NCBI GenBank assembly: GCA_963422375.2
Contig: OY729428.2
Span: forward strand, 2,368,001-2,432,000
Reading direction: 5' to 3'
Source of the DNA: Bryobacterales bacterium
GTDB lineage: Bacteria > Acidobacteriota > Terriglobia > Bryobacterales > UBA6623
DNA length: 64,000 nucleotides
Each line of letters begins with the position of its first letter. Positions within the stretch are counted from its first letter, which is position 1. Below, in pieces: positions 33,251-40,353 of the stretch. Made by a program: the position numbers and the translations under genes. The notes beneath the pieces were generated by a model. That model saw only the letters and a list, made by a program, of their open reading frames with translations. It did no database searches and was not told the origin of the DNA.

Positions 33251-33640
33251 ATGACATTTCTAGGATGGATTCTCGCGTCGCTCGCGCTGCTGCTAGCACC
33301 TGGCCAAGCCGAGGAGAAGCCGGACGCGCCACCCTACGCAACCGGCGAGGCCAAGCACTACGACCAGTACGGAGCCCGAATCGGCCAGTCCAAAGAGTCG
33401 GGTTCGACGACCCGTCACTACGACCAATACGGCAATCGGACCGGGCGGTCTACCAAGAGCGGCTCCACGACTCGGCACTACGACAGGTACGGCTCGAGCG
33501 TCGGTAAGTCCCGCACGTCGGGCGACACGAAATACCATTACGACCGGTACGGTCGCAGGACCGGCAAGTCGCGAACCTCCGGAAACACGACGTACCACTA
33601 CGACAATTACGGGCGCAGGATCGGAAAATCGCGGAAATAG
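33251..33640 (+). CDS. Small secreted protein with five 20-aa HYDxYG repeats
   Basis: Purine-rich RBS; signal MTFLGWILASLALLLAPGQA; repeats HYD[QRN]YGxxxGxSxxSGxTxx. Confidence 0.8.
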   Translation: MTFLGWILASLALLLAPGQAEEKPDAPPYATGEAKHYDQYGARIGQSKESGSTTRHYDQYGNRTGRSTKSGSTTRHYDRYGSSVGKSRTSGDTKYHYDRYGRRTGKSRTSGNTTYHYDNYGRRIGKSRK

Positions 33641-33766
33641 AACGCGAGGCGACCTGTCGTTGAAGACGGCTGTGCGGGCCGGTGAGCCTGCGAGTCTTGC
33701 GCACGCCACCATCGCGGCCAACCTGCCGTCGGCGTCTTCAGAGCGGGCTGGCAGGTAAGGTCGCGA

Positions 33767-35050
33767 CTATCGGTAGAAAAAGTCCACGAGGAACATCGGG
33801 ACTGCTGGTACGTAGGTCACCACCCCCAGCACGAGCAGCAGCACGCTCACGAAAACGGCGTTCGCCCGGCTTACATCCCAGATCTCGGCCTTCGCGATCG
33901 AGCAGGCGGTCAACAGCACGCTCGCCACGGGAGGCGTCTGCTGGCCGATGCCTAGGTTCAGGGTCACGACGAGCCCGAAATGCACCGGATCAATGCCGGT
34001 CTGCTGCACCAATGGCATCACGATAGGGACGACGAGGATGATCGCCGCCGCGGAGTGCAGGAACAGGCCGACCACGAGGAAGAACACGTTCAACAACGCG
34101 AGGATCACCCACCTGCTGTCGGTGAATGCGAGGAGCTGCTCCGCGAACTGCTGCGGCACCTGCATCGATGTCAGGTACTCCCCGAGCAGGGCCGAGGTGG
34201 AAACAAGCAGCATGACGACAGCCGTCTGGATGCCGCCGTCAACGGTCGCCTTCCGCAGCAAGCTCCAATCCAGTTCCCGGTAGACCACGCCTCCAATGAC
34301 AGCCGCGGCAAGCACCGCGAGACCCGCGCCTTCCGTGGCCGTGACCCAGCCGGAGAAGATCCCGCCGAGGATGATGACGGGCAGCAGAAGCGCCCAGACG
34401 GCCTCGCGAAACGCGGTCTTGACGCGCGCCCAGCGGAAGGCCGCGTCCGCGGGAAACCCGCGCCGAACCGCCACGCGGTAAGCCGCGCCCATCAGGAGCA
34501 GCCCCCCGAGCAGGCCGGGCACGATTCCCGCCACGAACAGCTCCACCACCGAGGCTCCTGCCATCACGGCATAGAGGATCATCGGTATGGACGGCGGGAT
34601 GATCACGGCTAGGGTCGACGCCGACGAGGTCACGGCCGCCGCGAATTCCTTGGTGTAGCCGGCCCTCTTCATGGAAGGAATCAGCACCGACCCGAGCGCG
34701 GCCACGTCAGCTACCGCCGAACCCGAGATTTCCGCGAAGAACAGCGAAGTCCCGACCGTCACCATCGACAGGCCGCCCCGCACGAAACCGATGAGCGAGG
34801 ATGTCAGGGCGATTAGCCGTCGAGAGATGCCGCTGGCGTTCATGATCGCCCCGGCGAGGATGAACAGCGGCACGGCGATCAGCGAGAACTTGACCGCTCC
34901 GTCGAAGAGTGTCAGCGGGACGTTGGGCAGATCCCGCAGGCCGGTCTCGAGAGCCATCGCGGCCACGGACGCCAAGCCGAGTGCGACGGCCACCGGCACG
35001 TTCAGAAGGACCAGGGCCGCCAGCCCGAGCAGGACCAAGACGAGGCTCAC
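33767..35050 (-). CDS. dctM: TRAP transporter large permease
   Basis: LIAVPLFILAG, ISGSAVAD, IIPPSIPMILY, GIDPVHFG, TPPV. Confidence 0.93.
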   Translation of the reverse strand: MSLVLVLLGLAALVLLNVPVAVALGLASVAAMALETGLRDLPNVPLTLFDGAVKFSLIAVPLFILAGAIMNASGISRRLIALTSSLIGFVRGGLSMVTVGTSLFFAEISGSAVADVAALGSVLIPSMKRAGYTKEFAAAVTSSASTLAVIIPPSIPMILYAVMAGASVVELFVAGIVPGLLGGLLLMGAAYRVAVRRGFPADAAFRWARVKTAFREAVWALLLPVIILGGIFSGWVTATEGAGLAVLAAAVIGGVVYRELDWSLLRKATVDGGIQTAVVMLLVSTSALLGEYLTSMQVPQQFAEQLLAFTDSRWVILALLNVFFLVVGLFLHSAAAIILVVPIVMPLVQQTGIDPVHFGLVVTLNLGIGQQTPPVASVLLTACSIAKAEIWDVSRANAVFVSVLLLVLGVVTYVPAVPMFLVDFFYR

Positions 35051-35523
35051 GCAGGATCCCCCCGCTTCCAGTCGTCAACCGCGGCGACCAGCTCGGCGGC
35101 GATGAACAGCGCCGCTCCGACCGGTATCGCGGAGTAGACGATCCCCGCCGGCAGCCAGGGCAAGCTGACCAAGTACACCCCGCCGAGAACGGACAGCAGC
35201 TTGATGCCCATCCAAGCCGTCAGCGCAAAGAACCCGACGATGGCGGCTTCCCTCGACAACGCCAGCACGAGCCGCAGGCGGCGAGGAGCCCGCTGGACCA
35301 GGTTCGGCAGGCCTAGATGGGCGCGGCGCAGCGCCGCCAGCGCCGCGCCGTAGTACGTGAGCCATGCCAGCAGGATCGCGGCGACCTCGTCGTACCAGAC
35401 CAAGGAGAATCCGGCCTTGCGGCTCCCCACGCCGACAACAACCAGGATGGCGAGCGCCGCCGTGATGCCCACCACGGCGGCCTCTAGGAAGCGCCCAAGC
35501 GTCGCTCGGAGTCGGCCCGTCAA
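35047..35523 (-). CDS. dctQ: TRAP transporter small permease (start approximate)
   Basis: Four TM segments; WYDEVA...WLTYYGAA; located between dctP and dctM. Confidence 0.85.
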   Translation of the reverse strand: MTGRLRATLGRFLEAAVVGITAALAILVVVGVGSRKAGFSLVWYDEVAAILLAWLTYYGAALAALRRAHLGLPNLVQRAPRRLRLVLALSREAAIVGFFALTAWMGIKLLSVLGGVYLVSLPWLPAGIVYSAIPVGAALFIAAELVAAVDDWKRGDPA

Positions 35524-35542
35524 CGATCGGCCCGCATTCCTG

Positions 35543-36526
35543 CTAGGGCGCGGCCAGGGCGAGGGACCGCTCGACCAGTTCCCCGCCCCCCGGGACATCC
35601 GAGGAGAACTGGTCGAAAATCGGCCGACCGGCAGCGAGAAAGCTCTCGCGGTCGCATTCGTTGACCTCGATGCCCTGGCTGCGCAGGTCGGCTAGCAGGC
35701 GCTGGTCGAGCGCCTCGGCCTCCGCGTACACGAAGTCCTGCAATTCCCGAGCCGTGCCGCTCAGAACGGTCCGAATCTCAGGCGGGAGCGTCCGCCAGCG
35801 ATCCCGGCCGGCCAGCAGGTAGGCCGGCGTGTACACGTGCCCGGTCAGGGTCAGGTACCGCTGAACCTCATGAAACTTCTGGCTGTGGATCTGGCTGAGT
35901 GGGTTCTCCTGGCCGTCGATCACCCCGGTTTGGAGGGCCATGAACGTCTCGGCCAGCGACATCGGCGTGGGATTGGCCCCGAGCGTCTGGAAGAGCCGCA
36001 CGCGCCAGCGACCACGGGGGGTTCGCAGCTTGACCCCCTTCAGGTCGCCGGGGACCTGGATCGGCCGGCGGCTGTTCGTGATGTGACGAAAGCCGTTCTC
36101 CCACACGGCCAGCAGCTCGAAGCCTCGGTCCGCTGCAGCCGGGGCGAGGCGCGGCCAGACCACTTCGCGCTCGATGCGCCCCATGTGCTGGCGGTCCCGG
36201 ACGAGGTAGGGCATTTCGAAGAGACCGAACAGATCGACTGCCGACGACATGATCGTCGACGGCAGGGAGAAGTCGACTGTCCCGAGCTTCAGCTTGACGA
36301 GTAGCGTCTCGTCGTCGCCTAGCTGGCTCGACCCGAAGACCGTGACCCGTGCCTCGTCCCCGAGGCGCTCGTTCGCCCTTCGCGCGAATTCCTCCGCTGA
36401 GAGGGCCGTCAGGGAGCCGGGCGAAGCCACGTGGGCCAGCCGCAGGTCCAGCGGACCGCCCCGCTCGCCGCAACCGGCTGCGACGAGAAGGGCGAGACCG
36501 GCCCCACGGCGGAGACCGCCTACCAC
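35543..36526 (-). CDS. dctP: TRAP substrate-binding lipoprotein
   Basis: Lipobox VAAGC; WENGFRH, DLKGVKLR, ALQTGVIDGQENP. Confidence 0.92.
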   Translation of the reverse strand: MVGGLRRGAGLALLVAAGCGERGGPLDLRLAHVASPGSLTALSAEEFARRANERLGDEARVTVFGSSQLGDDETLLVKLKLGTVDFSLPSTIMSSAVDLFGLFEMPYLVRDRQHMGRIEREVVWPRLAPAAADRGFELLAVWENGFRHITNSRRPIQVPGDLKGVKLRTPRGRWRVRLFQTLGANPTPMSLAETFMALQTGVIDGQENPLSQIHSQKFHEVQRYLTLTGHVYTPAYLLAGRDRWRTLPPEIRTVLSGTARELQDFVYAEAEALDQRLLADLRSQGIEVNECDRESFLAAGRPIFDQFSSDVPGGGELVERSLALAAP

Positions 36527-37470
36527 GGCATCTTGCGTCCGGTGTGTTCGCGCCCCTTGGCCATGGCTGCCTCGTTAGCGCCCGCTCCGATGCGGACGCC
36601 CTCGTCGAACATGTCGGTCACGTCATCCGGCCGCACTGTGTTGAGGAACGAGATCTTGTTCGCCTTGCAGGCGTTCAGCACCTTGGAGCGAGCTTCCCTC
36701 ATCTTCGGGTGGAGCGAGCGATTCGGTCCGTGACCGTCCGGCAGGCCCAAGGACAGGGCCATGTCGCCGGGGCCCCACTCGGCGAACCCGACACCGGGCA
36801 CCGCGGCAACCTCCTCGGCGTTCGCCAAGGCGTACTTGTCCTCGATCTTCAGGCCGAGCAGGAACTCGCCTTCGGGGTTGAGCGGCCACGGATCCGCCTT
36901 GCGCTGGTACTCGTGCCGCGACACGCCCCAGATCTCGGCCGGGAACCCCTGGCTGCCGTTGCCGAGCAAGCCCTCCCCGAGCTCGGGGACGACTGGCTTG
37001 GCGTTGGGATAGCGAGCGGCCCGCACCATCCACTTCACCGCCTCGGGATCGCGGGCGTGGCACAGCAGGATGCCGTGGATTCCGCACAGCAGAGCCTGCT
37101 GGACCACCCAGAAGTTCGCGCGCATGTGCATCTCGTCCACGCCTAGGACGGGGAGCGTGGCGATGACCGCGGGCGTGCGGTGGCCGCTGCGGGTCGGGCC
37201 GCCGTCCACCAGACCCTGCATGAAGGCGCGCAGCGCGCTGAAGTCGAGTGCGCCGTGCTCCATTTCGTAGTTGATGTAGTCGTAGGGCGTGCCGGCGGAG
37301 CGCACTCCCTCCTCGTACCCCCCACGTCCGCCCGTGTAATAGATCATCTGGTCGTCCTCGAGCAGCTCGATCGCACGGTTGATCCGCCGCGACTTGTAGC
37401 TCAAAGTGTTCGCCGCCGAGGCCGCTCCGGCAGCGAGAAGGGGCGAAGCGAGGAATTGCTTCCGTGTCAT
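36520..37470 (-). CDS. HpcH/HpaI aldolase family protein with Tat-like signal
   Basis: MTRKQFL signal; YEMEHG, LKIED, EWGPGDMALSLG. Confidence 0.8.
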   Translation of the reverse strand: MTRKQFLASPLLAAGAASAANTLSYKSRRINRAIELLEDDQMIYYTGGRGGYEEGVRSAGTPYDYINYEMEHGALDFSALRAFMQGLVDGGPTRSGHRTPAVIATLPVLGVDEMHMRANFWVVQQALLCGIHGILLCHARDPEAVKWMVRAARYPNAKPVVPELGEGLLGNGSQGFPAEIWGVSRHEYQRKADPWPLNPEGEFLLGLKIEDKYALANAEEVAAVPGVGFAEWGPGDMALSLGLPDGHGPNRSLHPKMREARSKVLNACKANKISFLNTVRPDDVTDMFDEGVRIGAGANEAAMAKGREHTGRKMPW

Positions 37471-37601
37471 AGCGACAAGATACCGCCCGGCGACGTGTCG
37501 GGTCAACAGCTGCCGGTACGTCGGGGCCCCGGGCGCGGAGGGCCCGGCGACTCCTTCCGCGGGCCGACACCTGCCGGGAGCGGCCCGCGATGCAGGAAGA
37601 A

Positions 37602-37654
37602 TGGTCGGGGCGCCGAGATTTGAACTCGGGACCTCTTGCTCCCGAAGCAAGAGG
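37602..37654 (-). other. Prophage attachment site: 3' fragment of tRNA-Pro(CGG)
   Basis: Minus strand CTTGC-TTCGGGA-GCAAG...GAGTTCAAATCTC-GGCGCCCCGACCA; no D-arm or 5' acceptor strand upstream; about 30 nt from the integrase stop. Confidence 0.88.
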
Positions 37655-37684
37655 ACTTTGGTCGCATTACTTGCCTGCGGCGTG

Positions 37685-38827
37685 CTACGGAGACTGTACC
37701 ACACTCGGGCAGAGCTTGGCCGCAATTCGATCCACGGCATCCCTGCGGTCGTCCAGCCGGACGTGCAGGTAGCGGGCGTTGATGCCGGTCGCCTTGTGCC
37801 CGAGCTGCGCCATCCTCTGGGCCTCGGACACGCCTTCGTCGAACAGCCACGTGTTGTGGGTATGACGGAAGGCGTGCCAGCTAACGGCAGGCACGCCGGC
37901 GAAGGCTGCCGCGGGCTTGAGATGCCGGGCGGCAAGAGTGCATCCGTCGAGCGGGTTCCCGGTGCGCGCTGCGAAAGCGAAGCGGTCCTTGCCGCGGTCG
38001 CCGCCGGAACGCCGCAGCAGGATCGCGGCCATCGGGTCCGACAGGGGGATTACCCGCTCGCTCGCCGCGCTCTTGAGCGGGCCCAGCTTGCCTCGGTACC
38101 ACTGCTGGCGAATCGCGACGGATCGCGGCGGCAGCCGCACGGCCCCGGCGGAACGCGGACCCCGGCCGACGTTGACCCAGAGCCACTTGAGACCGAGGAT
38201 CTCGGAGATCCGGCATCCCGAGAGCAGGGCGAACAAGGCCACCTCGCGGGCGTCTTCCGACGCGAGGGCGTCGATCAGGGCGCGGGCCTCGTCGTAGGCC
38301 AGGGCGAACGTCTCCTTGGGCATCTTCCCCGCCACGCGCACGCCCTTGGCCGGATTGCGCCCGTCGAAGCGGTCCTCGTCGGCGGCAGCCTCGAAGACTC
38401 TGTGCAGCATCGCCCGGACGTGCCGCACGGTCTGGCCGGCGTAGCCCGACTCGGCCATGCCGTCGCAGACGCGCTGCACGTCGGCCTTGGTCACGTCGAT
38501 CAGGCGCTTGGCCGAGAGCCACTCGGGAACGTGGTTGCGGACGAGCGCGCGGTACCACTCGGGATGGCGGGTGCGATCCGCGTGCTGCGGATAGAACACG
38601 TCCTCGACGAACCCGCCGAGCGTGTCCCCGGACGGGGGCGCGGCGTCTTCGAGCTTGGTCAAGTACACCTCCGCGAAAATCTGCCGCGCCACTGCGCGCG
38701 GCACGGCGAACGGGCCGTCGGCCGGAGCGACGCTGACGCGAGGCGACCAGCGGAGGCCGACGGGGGACTTCCGCCGCCAGCGGGCCTTCCACATGCCGGC
38801 CGAGACGACCATCTCTCCGGCCTGCAT
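37685..38827 (-). CDS. int: Tyrosine integrase
   Basis: SGCRISEILGL, WHAFRHT, LGH, ARYLH. Confidence 0.92.
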   Translation of the reverse strand: MQAGEMVVSAGMWKARWRRKSPVGLRWSPRVSVAPADGPFAVPRAVARQIFAEVYLTKLEDAAPPSGDTLGGFVEDVFYPQHADRTRHPEWYRALVRNHVPEWLSAKRLIDVTKADVQRVCDGMAESGYAGQTVRHVRAMLHRVFEAAADEDRFDGRNPAKGVRVAGKMPKETFALAYDEARALIDALASEDAREVALFALLSGCRISEILGLKWLWVNVGRGPRSAGAVRLPPRSVAIRQQWYRGKLGPLKSAASERVIPLSDPMAAILLRRSGGDRGKDRFAFAARTGNPLDGCTLAARHLKPAAAFAGVPAVSWHAFRHTHNTWLFDEGVSEAQRMAQLGHKATGINARYLHVRLDDRRDAVDRIAAKLCPSVVQSP

Positions 38828-39198
38828 CAGACAGTATCCTCGCCTCCGCGCTCCAGCGTGACGCCGTAGCGCTGGCGGGCCACGACGCAGGACAGGGCCA
38901 CCACGGCCCGCTCCATCGTCTCGGCGTGTTCCCGGTACAGGGCGCGCGTGCCGTCCGCGGCGCTCGCGTCGCGCTCGAGGGCGTCGACGCGCTCCTGCAG
39001 GCGGTCGCGCTTGTCCTCGGCGGCCTCGGCCCGCTCGATCGCGCGGTCGCGCTTGTCCTCGGCGGCCTCGGCTCGCTCGCTCAGGGTCCTGACCGCCTCG
39101 CGCAGGTCCTTGATCCCGGAGTCCTTGTCGATCTCGCGTTCGATCTCGCGTTCGATTCCGTTGGGCATGGGCATCCTCGCATCTCCCTCCGCATTCAC
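38827..39198 (-). CDS. Phage coiled-coil hypothetical protein
   Basis: Coupled to neighbouring genes; internal repeats IEREIERE and ERAEAAEDKRDR x2. Confidence 0.6.
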   Translation of the reverse strand: MNAEGDARMPMPNGIEREIEREIDKDSGIKDLREAVRTLSERAEAAEDKRDRAIERAEAAEDKRDRLQERVDALERDASAADGTRALYREHAETMERAVVALSCVVARQRYGVTLERGGEDTV

Positions 39199-39362
39199 GG
39201 CAGCATCCCGGCGATCCGGCGGATCGCCCCCTCCGCGAGCATGGCCGCGATGGCGATGGCCGCGAACAGCGCCGCCGCCCAGATCACGGCGAAGAAGGCC
39301 TCGGCGAACACGCGGGCCGATGCCAGCGCCTTGGCGAGCGTCTCAGGTAACTCAGGTAACAT
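39195..39362 (-). CDS. Small single-pass membrane protein (55 aa, not in the ORF track)
   Basis: MLPELPETLAKALASARVFAEAFFAVIWAAALFAAIAIAAMLAEG...; purine-rich RBS; GTGA overlap with the next gene. Confidence 0.55.
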   Translation of the reverse strand: MLPELPETLAKALASARVFAEAFFAVIWAAALFAAIAIAAMLAEGAIRRIAGMLP

Positions 39363-39627
39363 CGTTCCCCTCCCTTGCCTCCCTGGCCGCGGCGGCCAGC
39401 ACGCGCTCGCGCGCCTCCTCGGCGGCCTCCTCCGCCCGGGCGCAGAGGTCGATCGTCCGCCGCAGCGAATCCAGGAAGCCCGCGGACGGCGGGCAGTGCC
39501 CCCTGAGCACCCGGTTCAGGTGCGACGGGTGGCAGCCGGCCAGCCGCGCCAGCCGCGCCTGGGTGACGCCCGAGCGCGCCAGTTCCGCCCGGATGCCGGC
39601 GATCTCGGAATTGCGGGCTGCCATCAC
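39352..39627 (-). CDS. Cro-like HTH protein
   Basis: GVTQARLARLAGCHPSHLNRVLRG; divergent from the CI-like gene. Confidence 0.8.
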   Translation of the reverse strand: MMAARNSEIAGIRAELARSGVTQARLARLAGCHPSHLNRVLRGHCPPSAGFLDSLRRTIDLCARAEEAAEEARERVLAAAAREAREGNDVT

Positions 39628-39632
39628 TGACT

Positions 39633-39661
39633 ACTATAGGCAAGTAACGGCGTCCTGTCAA
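39633..39661 (-). promoter_or_regulatory. Near-consensus sigma70 promoter driving cro-int, likely leaderless
   Basis: TTGACA-17 nt-TATAGT on the minus strand, 5 nt before the cro GTG/ATG. Confidence 0.7.
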
Positions 39662-39693
39662 GAGCTTTGTTGCTGCTATGCTGGATTGGCGCC

Positions 39694-40353
39694 ATGCTGC
39701 CCGTCGGCGAGAGGATTCGCGAGGCGCGTCTCGCCCGCAACGCGTCCCAGGCGAAGGTCGCCGCCGAGATCGGCGTCACGCGCCAGATGGTGACCGGGGT
39801 GGAGGGCGGCAACGCGGGCATCTCGGTCGAGGCGCTGGCCGGCGTGGCCCGCGCCCTCGACGTGTCGGCGGACTACCTGCTGGGGCTCACCGACGATCCC
39901 GCGCCCGCCGCGCGGCGGCGGCCGCCCTGCGGCGAGGAGACCGGCGTGACCGACGCCGTGCAGCCGCGCTCGCTGGAGGCCGCCGCCCGCCGGGGCCTCG
40001 GCGAGCCGGAACCGCCGGAGCCCCTGGCGCCCGTGCGCGTGCCGCTCGCCCGCGACTGGCTGGCCCGCCGCGATCTCGCCCTGGAGCGGTGCAGCCTGGC
40101 CCGCATGGACGGCCGCCGCATGGAGCCCGCCATCGAGGACGGCGCGTGGATGCTGGTCGATCACCGCCAGCGCGACCCGGCCCCCGGCGGGGTCTACCTG
40201 GCCCTGGCCGGCGACGGGGCGCTGGTGGGCCGCGCCGCCCTGTTCCGCGGGCGCTGGTTCCTGCGGCCCGACAGCCCCGGGTTCTCCGACAGCCCCCTCG
40301 GGGCCGGCTGCCGCCTCGCCGGGCGCGTCGTCGCCTTCTGGCGGGCCTGCTAG
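39694..40353 (+). CDS. CI-like repressor (XRE HTH plus degenerate S24 domain)
   Basis: VGERIREARL...SQAKVAAEIGVT...LDVSADYLLG; C-terminal GRRMEPAIEDG and LVGR. Confidence 0.85.
   Translation: MLPVGERIREARLARNASQAKVAAEIGVTRQMVTGVEGGNAGISVEALAGVARALDVSADYLLGLTDDPAPAARRRPPCGEETGVTDAVQPRSLEAAARRGLGEPEPPEPLAPVRVPLARDWLARRDLALERCSLARMDGRRMEPAIEDGAWMLVDHRQRDPAPGGVYLALAGDGALVGRAALFRGRWFLRPDSPGFSDSPLGAGCRLAGRVVAFWRAC

Noticed and set aside
37602..37680. Complete tRNA-Pro gene
   Set aside because: The 5' acceptor strand and D-arm are missing; this is only the att fragment.
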